Source: an uncultured Bacteroidales bacterium (GTDB taxonomy: Bacteria; Bacteroidota; Bacteroidia; Bacteroidales; UBA10428). Taken from it: DNA of 64,000 nucleotides. The stretch is taken from contig CAZDCD010000009.1 in assembly GCA_964503885.1 (NCBI GenBank), positions 54,526 through 118,525 of the forward strand, in the 5' to 3' direction. A model generated the notes under the pieces. It made no database searches. It saw only the letters and a list, made by a program, of their open reading frames with translations, and was not told the DNA's origin. This document shows positions 49,687 through 58,509 of the stretch, one piece after another; within the stretch, counting starts at the first letter, position 1, and every line of letters starts with the position of its first letter. Both the position numbers and the translations under genes were made by a program.

Positions 49687-51879
49687 ATGAGTGATGGATA
49701 TGGTTATTCGTTGAGTGAAGTTCTGAAAAGGTATTTTGGTTTTACCGGTTTTAAAGGAAATCAGGAAGAAATAATCAATAATGTTCTTGCAGGAAGAGAT
49801 ACTTTTGTTTTAATGCCGACAGGTGGAGGCAAATCGTTATGTTATCAGCTTCCTTCGCTTCTTATGGAAGGTACTGCAATAGTCATTTCGCCGCTGATCG
49901 CACTCATGAAAAACCAGGTAGACTCCATGAGGAGTTTTAGTGAAGAAGAGGGTGTAGCCCATTTTCTGAATTCTTCACTAACCAAAGCGCAGATAGTAAA
50001 GGTAAAACAGAATGTCATTGAAGAGAAAACAAAACTGCTGTATGTTGCTCCTGAATCACTTACCAAAGCCGACAATATCCAGTTCCTCAAGCAGGTTAAG
50101 ATTTCGTTCTATGCTATTGACGAAGCCCATTGTATATCAGAGTGGGGCCACGATTTCAGGCCCGAATACCGGCGTATCCGGCCGATCATCAATCAGATCG
50201 GCAATGCACCCCTGATCGCACTCACTGCAACGGCAACTCCCAAGGTGCAGCACGATATTCAGAAAACCCTGGATATCATGAATGCAGATGTTTTCAAAGC
50301 CTCGTTCAGGCGTCATAACCTGTATTATGAGGTCAGGCCCAAAAAGAACGTTACCAAAGAGATCATAAAATATATCAAGAACAATCCCGGAAAATCGGGC
50401 ATCATATATTGCCTAAGCCGAAAAAAGGTGGAAGAACTTTCTGAATCGCTGAAAGTCAACGGCATCAAAGCATTGCCTTACCACGCGGGAATGGATTCTG
50501 CGACAAGAACTGAAAATCAGGATAACTTTCTTATGGAGGAGGCAGATGTTATTGTAGCTACTATTGCATTCGGGATGGGAATTGACAAACCCGATGTGCG
50601 GTTTGTCATCCATTACGATATTCCAAAAAGTCTGGAAGGATACTATCAGGAAACCGGCAGGGCCGGTCGCGACGGTGGTGAAGGCAAATGCATCGCATTT
50701 TACAGCTATAAAGATATTCAGAAACTTGAAAAATTCATGCAGGGAAAACCTGTAGCCGAACAGGAGATCGGCCGTCAGCTGCTTCTTGAAACAGTTGCCT
50801 ATGCCGAATCTTCAGTTTGCCGCCCGAAACTACTGCTGGCCTATTTCGGTGAGGAAATGCCTGAAAATTGCGAGAATTGTGACAATTGCCTCAGGCCTAA
50901 AGTGCAATTTGAAGGACGGGATTCTATTCTCATGGTACTAAAAGCCGTCATCGAGCTGAAGGAGAAATTTAAGGCCGATTATATTGCTAATTTCCTGTCA
51001 GGTGTAAAAACTGGCCAGATAAAAACCTATAAGCATCATCACCATGAGATGTTCGGGAGCGGCAGCGAAAAAGATAGCAAGTTCTGGAATGCAGTAATCA
51101 GGCAGGCGCTCGTTGCGCGTTTTATACAGAAAGATATCGAAAATTACGGCCTGCTGAAAATGGATGTAAAAGGCTATGATTTTCTCAGTAACCCATACTC
51201 TTTTATGATTGCCGAAGATCATGACTTTCCTGAAACGGATGATGATGATGAAATGGGGTATGGCCCTGAAAGATCCGGTACAGTTGATGAAGAATTGTTC
51301 AGTATACTTAAGGATCTTCGTAAAAAAGTGTCAAAAAGGCTCCAGCTTCCTCCTTTTATACTCTTTCAGGACCCATCGCTCGAAGATATGGCAACCCAAT
51401 ACCCGATATCGCTCAACGAATTGCAGAACATAACTGGAGTGGGAGTAGGTAAGGCAAAAAAATACGGGCAGGCATTCGTAGACCTCATCAAACGGTATGT
51501 TGAGGAAAAAGAGATCACCAGGCCCCAGGATATGGTCGTTAAATCGGTGATTAACAGATCAGGGAACAAGGTATATATCATTCAGAGTATTGACCGTAAA
51601 ATATCGCTCGATGATATTGCATCGGCTAAAAATCTCGATATGCCTGATCTGCTTGATGAAATAGAATCGATTGTGAATTCGGGCACAAAGCTGAATATCG
51701 ATTATTATATCGACACGATCCTCGATAAGGATCACCAGGATGAGGTTTTTGACTATTTCCGCGATGAAGCAGAGACCGAATCGATTGATGATGCCCTGCA
51801 TGAACTTGGCGAGGATGAGTACTCAGAAGAAGATATACGGCTCATGCGCATTAAGTTCATTTCGGAACTGGGAAACTGA
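49687..51879 (+). CDS. recQ: ATP-dependent DNA helicase RecQ
   Basis: FGFTGFKGNQEEII, PTGGGKSLCYQLP, DEAHCISEWGHDFRPEY, a zinc-binding RQC region (C..C..C..C) and a C-terminal HRDC domain (LPPFILFQDPSLEDMA). The track start at 49681 is a TTG; the ATG is at 49687. Confidence 0.95.
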   Translation: MSDGYGYSLSEVLKRYFGFTGFKGNQEEIINNVLAGRDTFVLMPTGGGKSLCYQLPSLLMEGTAIVISPLIALMKNQVDSMRSFSEEEGVAHFLNSSLTKAQIVKVKQNVIEEKTKLLYVAPESLTKADNIQFLKQVKISFYAIDEAHCISEWGHDFRPEYRRIRPIINQIGNAPLIALTATATPKVQHDIQKTLDIMNADVFKASFRRHNLYYEVRPKKNVTKEIIKYIKNNPGKSGIIYCLSRKKVEELSESLKVNGIKALPYHAGMDSATRTENQDNFLMEEADVIVATIAFGMGIDKPDVRFVIHYDIPKSLEGYYQETGRAGRDGGEGKCIAFYSYKDIQKLEKFMQGKPVAEQEIGRQLLLETVAYAESSVCRPKLLLAYFGEEMPENCENCDNCLRPKVQFEGRDSILMVLKAVIELKEKFKADYIANFLSGVKTGQIKTYKHHHHEMFGSGSEKDSKFWNAVIRQALVARFIQKDIENYGLLKMDVKGYDFLSNPYSFMIAEDHDFPETDDDDEMGYGPERSGTVDEELFSILKDLRKKVSKRLQLPPFILFQDPSLEDMATQYPISLNELQNITGVGVGKAKKYGQAFVDLIKRYVEEKEITRPQDMVVKSVINRSGNKVYIIQSIDRKISLDDIASAKNLDMPDLLDEIESIVNSGTKLNIDYYIDTILDKDHQDEVFDYFRDEAETESIDDALHELGEDEYSEEDIRLMRIKFISELGN

Positions 51880-51916
51880 TTGCCGGAGTTTCCAAAGTTT
51901 GCTTAATAAACAGGAG

Positions 51917-52627
51917 TTATCCCTGATCGCTAACCTTTTCCAGCAGCTGGGTTTCGATGATCTTAATTTTTCTACCGTCCAGTTCAACGATCTTTTCCTG
52001 TGCAAAATTGGTGAGGGTGCGAATGGCATTTGAAGTAGTCATATTCGAAAGATTGGCAATATCCTCACGCGAAAGATATATCTTTAAAGTTCGCCCGTCG
52101 GATTCATAGCCGTAAGTATCGCGCAAAAAAATCAGTGCTTCTGCAAGTCTGCCCCTGATATGCTTCTGGGTCAGCGTTACGGTTCGGTTAAATGTGAACC
52201 CCAACTCGGTGGCAAGAGCCTTAATAATCCGGATGGAAAATTCGCCATTGGTTTTCAATACCGAATACAAGCTGTCATGATTGAAAATGCATATTGAGGA
52301 ATCTTCAAGTGCCACTGCTGTTGTAGTGTGATTTTCATCTGCAAATAATGCCCTGTAACCAATAAATCCAACGGGTTTTGCCATCCTCACAATCTGTTCC
52401 CTTCCCCCTACACCTTCTTTGAATACTTTCACCTTTCCTACTGCCAGGCAGATAAGTCCTGCTGGTTTTTCACCTTCTTTAAATATTATTCCGTTTTTTT
52501 TTATTCTTCTGCATACGTGATTTTCTTTCAGTCGTTCTTTCTCTTCATCAGTAATACCGGTAAAAAGCGACATGGTACTTTCAAGACAATCGGTAGAAAA
52601 ATTCTCCATAGCGGCTGATTCATTCAT
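51917..52627 (-). CDS. Crp/Fnr-family transcriptional regulator
   Basis: cNMP-binding beta-roll (IIFKEGEKPAGLICLAVGKVKVFK) and a C-terminal HTH (SREDIANLSNMTTSNAIRTLTNF). 236 aa. Confidence 0.85.
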   Translation of the reverse strand: MNESAAMENFSTDCLESTMSLFTGITDEEKERLKENHVCRRIKKNGIIFKEGEKPAGLICLAVGKVKVFKEGVGGREQIVRMAKPVGFIGYRALFADENHTTTAVALEDSSICIFNHDSLYSVLKTNGEFSIRIIKALATELGFTFNRTVTLTQKHIRGRLAEALIFLRDTYGYESDGRTLKIYLSREDIANLSNMTTSNAIRTLTNFAQEKIVELDGRKIKIIETQLLEKVSDQG

Positions 52628-52719
52628 GAATTAATGGTCGTAAATTTACAAAATTCTATTCACTGATTTTTTGTTTTTAATCCGTCGGGATAATTCTTCT
52701 AAAAGATGATGATATTCAC

Positions 52720-52727
52720 TAAATTTG
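52720..52727 (+). promoter_or_regulatory. -7 promoter box for the CAP-domain gene
   Basis: Exact TAAATTTG, 49 nt upstream of the ATG at 52777. Confidence 0.45.
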
Positions 52728-52776
52728 AATAACGTGATGCCAATATTGAACGTGTTTTCCATTAACCCATTTTACC

Positions 52777-55026
52777 ATGTGGATTACATTAAGTGGCGAA
52801 AATTATCCGGTCCGCAGAATTGTCCTGATTCCGGTGATTTTAATGATCACCGGCACTATGTATTTGTTTTCACAAAACATCGATGATCGGATCGATATTT
52901 ACAGTATCAACCTGAAGTACCTGGAATTTCTCACCAAAGTCAAGATCGACAGCATACGAACCGCCAACCATCTTCTGCCGCTTTACAATGATGCCATCTG
53001 TTATCTGGCAGCGCAGGACCATGCTTATTACCTGATGGATACACCGGATATCGGACATATGCAGGAAAACTCACCCCTGAAAAAAACTCCACAGGACAGG
53101 GTTGAATATTACGGGGGATCGGATTACCGGGCAGGTGAGAACATCGTAAAAATATACCTGCTTAAACCCACTACCTACATACAGGGTATTTCAAAGCCCC
53201 AGACGGTAATCATTACCACTTACAGGGAAGCAGTTGATCTCATGGCTGAAGCATGGACAAACAGTGCCGAACACTTTGTAAATATAGTAACAGGCACGTT
53301 CAGAATTACAGGTGTTTCGGTTCTTTTTAACGAAGAAGATTATTCGTTGGTGTGTGTGCAGGTTTTTGCAGCTCCGGGCAAAGACTATACTCCCAATGAA
53401 AGTAAGATTCTTTTCCCTTATAATCAGAACGATACCAATGATGTGAATTCAACGGAATCTCCCGAACGGGTTTTGGTATCACCGTATATCAATAAATATG
53501 ATCTCAAATACCCGGCACCTCCAAAAGAAAAGGAGGAAGTAAAAAGTTTCATCAAGAGTTTTTCAAACTGGTCGATCCTTTATAACGGAAACAAAGTTTA
53601 CCTCAAGCTGGATAATATCGAAAAAGTAAGAAATTTCTTTGATCAGCCTCTTGACGGGTTTGCCCTTGAAATTGTTACTTTGGATAAATATAACTGCAGC
53701 AGCGATCTTTATTACAATTCTCCCCGGAGAAAAAACGGGGAAAGCATACTGGAAGGACATGCCAGTAAACCGGTCTACCGCAATCAACTTCTGAAAATCA
53801 GCAATTCCTATTTTGGTTCAAAGAACCGGTCGGCATTTGTACCTTATATTGGCACCATACCCGGCAGGCTTCAGGGGCCTTACGAGCTGAACATTCTTAT
53901 TATAAAGAACAACTACATTGCAGAAGTTATCTATACAAATCACTTATGCAGTGATTTTCAGGACTTCACGTTTAGGCCACCCTTATTGAAGAAAGAGATC
54001 GATACCCTCTTCTATAGCAATATCAATGACCTTGTGCCCGGGACACTAGCTGAAGACCATAATCGTCCTGGAAATTCAATTGAAACACTGTTCATTAAAA
54101 AGTACAATGATCTTTACCGGTATTTCTCCGAAATCTACCCGGTGAACAACACCGATCTGCAGAAAAAAATACTCCACCAGCTCGATAGTCTTCAGAATTT
54201 TCTGTTTATACGCAATCTGCAGCACAGTATCGGTATTGAGCCGATTGACGAACTGCCATGGTTGTTTTCAACTGTTCCGGGCAAACCTGATAAAATTCAG
54301 CCATTGGCAATCCTCTATTATAACCGGGTAATGTTTAAATACTTTTACCTGAAAGATCAGATCAGTGATGCGGAATTGTTTTCAGAACTCGGCAGCCTGA
54401 TGAATTTTACAAACCCCAACCCTGAACTGGTATATAACTATTATGCGCTCCTGATCGACAATACCGGAAACGGTTTACCGGATTTCAGAACACGGGGAGA
54501 TCTTCATGAACTAAAGAACGTACTGGAAAATATTAAATCCCAGATACCTTCTGAGTACTATGATGCGCTTAACCTCTTTTATAACATCGGCTATGTCAGA
54601 AAAATCGCTGCCAATCAGCCGGTGAACGAAGAAATCATAAGGCCTTCGATATACAATATCATCAATTATTTAAAAAATCATGATGCCTCACCGGAAATCC
54701 GTGTTTTGCTTGCCCGGTATCTGATCCATTACAGGTTCGATCAGGAAGCATACAATGTGCTGTTGCCTGTTGTGAACACCGTAAACATCGACAGGGAGGG
54801 TTATATTTTGCACCTGAAACTCTATTATTCAGGTAAAATTATGCTCGATAATTCAGAAAATTATTACAAAAAGATCATAGAAGCATCGGATTTACTTGCA
54901 CCCGCTGACTGGATCGGATTATTCGACGGACCATGCCGGCTGAATATGCAATTGTTGGATTATGAACCCCTTTATACTATTTATTGCAACAAGATGAGAC
55001 AGGTTCATCAAAATAGCAGTGAATAA
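52777..55026 (+). CDS. Large membrane-anchored or secreted protein with an N-terminal CAP/SCP-like domain; the rest is unknown
   Basis: One N-terminal hydrophobic helix. Residues from about 60 to 205 (NDAICYLAAQDHAYYLM....GH...........RV.YYG......GENI ... AWTNSAEHFVNI) fit the bacterial CAP (cysteine-rich secretory protein-like) pattern. The remaining ~540 aa has no motif I recognise. Confidence 0.6.
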   Translation: MWITLSGENYPVRRIVLIPVILMITGTMYLFSQNIDDRIDIYSINLKYLEFLTKVKIDSIRTANHLLPLYNDAICYLAAQDHAYYLMDTPDIGHMQENSPLKKTPQDRVEYYGGSDYRAGENIVKIYLLKPTTYIQGISKPQTVIITTYREAVDLMAEAWTNSAEHFVNIVTGTFRITGVSVLFNEEDYSLVCVQVFAAPGKDYTPNESKILFPYNQNDTNDVNSTESPERVLVSPYINKYDLKYPAPPKEKEEVKSFIKSFSNWSILYNGNKVYLKLDNIEKVRNFFDQPLDGFALEIVTLDKYNCSSDLYYNSPRRKNGESILEGHASKPVYRNQLLKISNSYFGSKNRSAFVPYIGTIPGRLQGPYELNILIIKNNYIAEVIYTNHLCSDFQDFTFRPPLLKKEIDTLFYSNINDLVPGTLAEDHNRPGNSIETLFIKKYNDLYRYFSEIYPVNNTDLQKKILHQLDSLQNFLFIRNLQHSIGIEPIDELPWLFSTVPGKPDKIQPLAILYYNRVMFKYFYLKDQISDAELFSELGSLMNFTNPNPELVYNYYALLIDNTGNGLPDFRTRGDLHELKNVLENIKSQIPSEYYDALNLFYNIGYVRKIAANQPVNEEIIRPSIYNIINYLKNHDASPEIRVLLARYLIHYRFDQEAYNVLLPVVNTVNIDREGYILHLKLYYSGKIMLDNSENYYKKIIEASDLLAPADWIGLFDGPCRLNMQLLDYEPLYTIYCNKMRQVHQNSSE

Positions 55027-55126
55027 CAATGCTGATATCACTATTCAGGCATCTTATGAGGGGCATTCAACAGGTTATGCATTAGGGTATTGACAAGCTA
55101 CTGATTGCAATTCAACCCATATCTGT

Positions 55127-55873
55127 TCATTTAGCCTTACCCTGGTTCTTCACGGCTTCTTCTGCCTTGCGTAATGCTTCTTCATCAGCCAGGTAATAAT
55201 GTGTCAAGGGTTTAAGCTTTTCGTCAAGCTCATAAACCAAAGGAATACCTGTAGGAATATTAAGCTTAATGATTTCCTCTTCCGTCATTTCATCGAGAAA
55301 TTTTACCAGGGCCCTGAGACTATTTCCGTGGGCGGCAATAATCACCCTTTTTCCCTGCCTGATCGTCGGAGCGATGCTCTCATGCCAGTAAGGTAAAAAG
55401 CGCTCAACCGTATTTTTTAGGCTTTCTGTAAGCGGAAGGTCTTTCTTATCGACTGTACCGTAAACCCGCAACTTACCCGGATACCTTTCATCCGATTCTT
55501 CAAGCTTGGGTGGCGGTATATCATAGCTTCTCCTCCACTCCAATACCTGTTCCTCGCCAAATTTCCTGGCAGTCTCCGCCTTATTTAAACCCTGTAAGCC
55601 ACCGTAATGCCGTTCATTCAGTCTCCATGTTTTTTCCCATGGGATCCACAACTGATCCATTTCTTCGAGACATAGCCATAACGTTCGGAGCGCTCTTTTC
55701 AGAACAGATACAAAAGCGATATCGAATTCATAGCCTTTCTCCTTCAAAACCCTGCCTGCCGTCTTTGCTTCTTCAATCCCTTTCTGTGTAAGGTCAACAT
55801 CGGTCCACCCTGTGAACAGGTTAAGTTTATTCCATTCGCTTTCACCATGACGCAATAAAACAACTTTATACAT
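55127..55873 (-). CDS. gpmA: 2,3-bisphosphoglycerate-dependent phosphoglycerate mutase
   Basis: [37 protein letters not shown] and [10 protein letters not shown]. 248 aa. Confidence 0.96.
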   Translation of the reverse strand: MYKVVLLRHGESEWNKLNLFTGWTDVDLTQKGIEEAKTAGRVLKEKGYEFDIAFVSVLKRALRTLWLCLEEMDQLWIPWEKTWRLNERHYGGLQGLNKAETARKFGEEQVLEWRRSYDIPPPKLEESDERYPGKLRVYGTVDKKDLPLTESLKNTVERFLPYWHESIAPTIRQGKRVIIAAHGNSLRALVKFLDEMTEEEIIKLNIPTGIPLVYELDEKLKPLTHYYLADEEALRKAEEAVKNQGKAK

Positions 55874-55913
55874 ATTATTTTTTCAATAAAAGTACGATGT
55901 CTTTTGAAATAAT

Positions 55914-57200
55914 TCAATCTTTTACCCCGGCAAATGAATAGCCTATACCCTCAACAGCCTGCTTTATTTGTTCAATATCAAGATTTTCACCTTTTATTAT
56001 TACTTCTCCGGTATCAATATTTGCTGTTGATCCCGATATCCCGTCTACCGACCTGAGGCTGTTTTCAATATTCATTTTGCAGTGGCTGCAGTTCATTCCC
56101 TTCACCACTATTTTCAATTCACTCATAACTGATGATTCATTTATAATGTGATTTTCAAGTTTTTTCAAAACAATAAACCGCCTGGCATATTTCCGGAGGT
56201 AGCCGAATACTATCAATGCCATAAGAAGGATACCCGAAGAAATTTTCAGCCAAACTGGCAACAGACCATGCTCGTATCCGATATGTGCCCCACTTACCGT
56301 TCCGGCAAACCATGCTGCAGGAAATACATAATCAATGAGAAAACCGGAAATCAGGGCAGCCGCCATGATCGTTAAAAGATATATGACAAGAGTCCTGCGT
56401 CCCATGGTCTTTCCGATAACAGTAATGGTAGCTGCATTGGTTGCCGGACCGGCCATCAGAAACACCAGCGCCGCCCCCGGAGAAATGCCTTTCATGATCA
56501 ACACCGCGGCGATGGGTATTGAACTGGTAGCACAAACATACACAGGAATTGATGCTACAAGAATGAGCAACATTCCCAGAAAATCGTTTTTAATGTATGA
56601 GGCAAAAAAATCATCGGGAATAATCACCGCTATCAATGCGGCAGCAAGCAATCCGATGAGTATCCAGCCTGCAATATCCATTAGGAAGGTACCGAATGCA
56701 TACCCAAGTACCCGTGAAATAATTCCTTCCTCCGGGTTTTTTCTGCTGCGGGATGAACTGCCCGAAGAAATTCCTTTATCGGTTCTGTTCCGTTCAAGCC
56801 TGTTGGTTAAAAATCCTCCGGACAATCCTGTAAATAAGGCAACTACAGGACGCAGAATGGCCAGGGGCAGGCCCAGCATGGAATAGGTTACCAGTATGGA
56901 ATCAACTCCAGTCTGGGGAGTTGAAATAAGGAATGATATTGCCGATCCTTTTGATGCTCCGCTCCTGTAAAATGACACTCCGGTAGGGATTACCCCGCAG
57001 GAACATAGTGGCAGGGGCACTCCGAGCAATGCCGCATTAATGACCGAACGGGAATTGCTTTTACCAAGTAATTTTTTAATCCTGCCCTCGGGGAAAAACA
57101 CATGAAGGATTCCGGCTATCAGAAATCCCAGCAAAAGCCAGGGCGCCATATCATAAAGAAGGTTAACCAGTTCGGTGTAATATTCGCGGATATAGTTCAT
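55914..57200 (-). CDS. Permease-family metal transporter fused to a C-terminal heavy-metal-associated (HMA) domain
   Basis: Multi-TM permease with CSCGVIP. The C-terminal ~65 aa (LKIVVKGMNCSHCKMNIENSLRSVDGI) is an HMA fold with a CxxC motif. Overlaps the upstream CDF gene by 4 nt. Confidence 0.8.
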   Translation of the reverse strand: MNYIREYYTELVNLLYDMAPWLLLGFLIAGILHVFFPEGRIKKLLGKSNSRSVINAALLGVPLPLCSCGVIPTGVSFYRSGASKGSAISFLISTPQTGVDSILVTYSMLGLPLAILRPVVALFTGLSGGFLTNRLERNRTDKGISSGSSSRSRKNPEEGIISRVLGYAFGTFLMDIAGWILIGLLAAALIAVIIPDDFFASYIKNDFLGMLLILVASIPVYVCATSSIPIAAVLIMKGISPGAALVFLMAGPATNAATITVIGKTMGRRTLVIYLLTIMAAALISGFLIDYVFPAAWFAGTVSGAHIGYEHGLLPVWLKISSGILLMALIVFGYLRKYARRFIVLKKLENHIINESSVMSELKIVVKGMNCSHCKMNIENSLRSVDGISGSTANIDTGEVIIKGENLDIEQIKQAVEGIGYSFAGVKD

Positions 57201-58105
57201 TTTTTTTCTCCAAAGTGAATCATATCTTTATTGTCACAGCAATTGAATTCATACTGAACTGTAACATGGGTAATGCCGAATTTGTTTAGCAGCAACTCAT
57301 GGATGTTTTCTTTCAGTTTTTCGGTCTGGCTCACCCGCCAGTCATCGTTCAGATCAATGTGGCACTCAAAATGTACTTCCCTGTCGGTAAGGTTCCATGC
57401 ATGGACATGATGCACATTATCGATGCCTGACAATTCTTCAAGTGTTTCCTTAACCTTTTCAAGGTCAAGACCTTTTGGAGTCCCCTGCATGAGAATATCC
57501 ACAGTTTGCGTCAGTACCGAATACGTTTCTTTCAAAAGGTATACTCCGACCAGCATCGTAATAAGCGGATCAATCCAGTACAATTCAAACAGGGAAATAA
57601 ACGCCGCACCGAGAATAACTGCAACCGACGATACGGTGTCACCAAGAAGATGAAGGTAAGCAGCCCTTACATTGATATTTTTACCGGAATCGGAACGTAA
57701 CAGAAGTACAGAGAGCAGGTTAGCCAGCAGACCAATCACGGCTACGGTCAGCATTATTTTTCCCCTTACGGGTTCAGGATGTTGTATCCTCTTTATCGAT
57801 TCGAAGAAGAGATATATGATTATCACAATCAATACTACAGCATTAAATAAGGCTGCAATAATTTCTACCCGTTTATATCCGAAGGTTTTTTTATTGGTAT
57901 AATCTCTTCTGCTGACAATATCGGCAATATATGCTATGAATACTGCAAAACTGTCACCCAGGTTATGCAACGCATCCGAGAGCAGGGCAAGGCTGTTCGA
58001 AAACAGCCCGCCGATCACCTCGGTTATGGCAATGATAAAGTTCAGTACCGTTGATATCAACAGTTTTTTACCGCTTGTACTATGGTTGTGATGATCGTGT
58101 GCCAT
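57197..58105 (-). CDS. Cation diffusion facilitator (CzcD/ZitB-like) transporter
   Basis: His-rich N-terminus (MAHDHHNHS). TM2 and TM5 motifs (SLALLSDALHNLGDS, HLLGDTVSSVAVI). Cytoplasmic C-terminal domain (VHHVHAWNLT). 302 aa. Confidence 0.9.
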   Translation of the reverse strand: MAHDHHNHSTSGKKLLISTVLNFIIAITEVIGGLFSNSLALLSDALHNLGDSFAVFIAYIADIVSRRDYTNKKTFGYKRVEIIAALFNAVVLIVIIIYLFFESIKRIQHPEPVRGKIMLTVAVIGLLANLLSVLLLRSDSGKNINVRAAYLHLLGDTVSSVAVILGAAFISLFELYWIDPLITMLVGVYLLKETYSVLTQTVDILMQGTPKGLDLEKVKETLEELSGIDNVHHVHAWNLTDREVHFECHIDLNDDWRVSQTEKLKENIHELLLNKFGITHVTVQYEFNCCDNKDMIHFGEKK

Positions 58106-58400
58106 TGTTAAAAAAATAATCCGGCCGGCATGAATCTATGGGCAAATCCTGGGAAAAGTATGATTCAAGGATCAAAATTAGCCGATTGCCGATAAATTCA
58201 TTCCAGTCTTCCTGCAAATCCCCTGTACCCCATGTTGAAACACCAAAGATCAGGTTTTTGTAGTTATCGAGATCCGCAACCCTTGTATAGGCCACTTCAA
58301 AAACATCAGTATTGCTCTTACCCAGCTCAGTCTCCAGCTTGTCGGCAATAACCTGGCAATTCCCGGTTGTTGATCCGTAAAAAATACCAATTCTCTCCAT
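58080..58400 (-). pseudogene. Flavodoxin gene remnant (the N-terminal ~70 codons are intact and the 3-prime half is missing)
   Basis: MERIGIFYGSTTGNCQVIADKLE...NLIFGVSTWGTGDLQEDWNEF is a typical flavodoxin N-terminus, including the FMN phosphate loop S-T-T-G-N. After about codon 72 (about 58185) the sequence (RLILILESYFSQDLPIDSCRPDYFFNNGTRSSQP) shows no flavodoxin similarity. The reading frame runs into the CDF start codon. The other two frames stop immediately. Confidence 0.7.
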
Positions 58401-58430
58401 CGTGCAAATCTATTGGTTCATTCAGCATTA

Positions 58431-58438
58431 CAAAAATA
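58431..58438 (-). promoter_or_regulatory. -7 promoter box upstream of the flavodoxin remnant
   Basis: Exact TATTTTTG on the minus strand, 30 nt upstream of the ATG at 58400. A second box, TAGATTTG, lies at 58405-58412. Confidence 0.45.
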
Positions 58439-58509
58439 ATAAAGATTATTACATCTTAATATCCGATAATAGGGATTGCCAACGATTTACGCTTTTTTAT
58501 TAACTATGT

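Noticed and set aside
55874-55913. Possible leftover of the flavodoxin 3-prime end between the permease stop and gpmA
   Set aside because: The gap is only 40 bp of AT-rich sequence with no open frame resembling flavodoxin. The missing half is simply absent from the window.
56335-56886. 183-aa plus-strand ORF inside the permease-HMA gene
   Set aside because: It is antisense to a multi-TM permease with conserved motifs. Long antisense ORFs are expected in membrane-protein genes, and nothing supports it independently.
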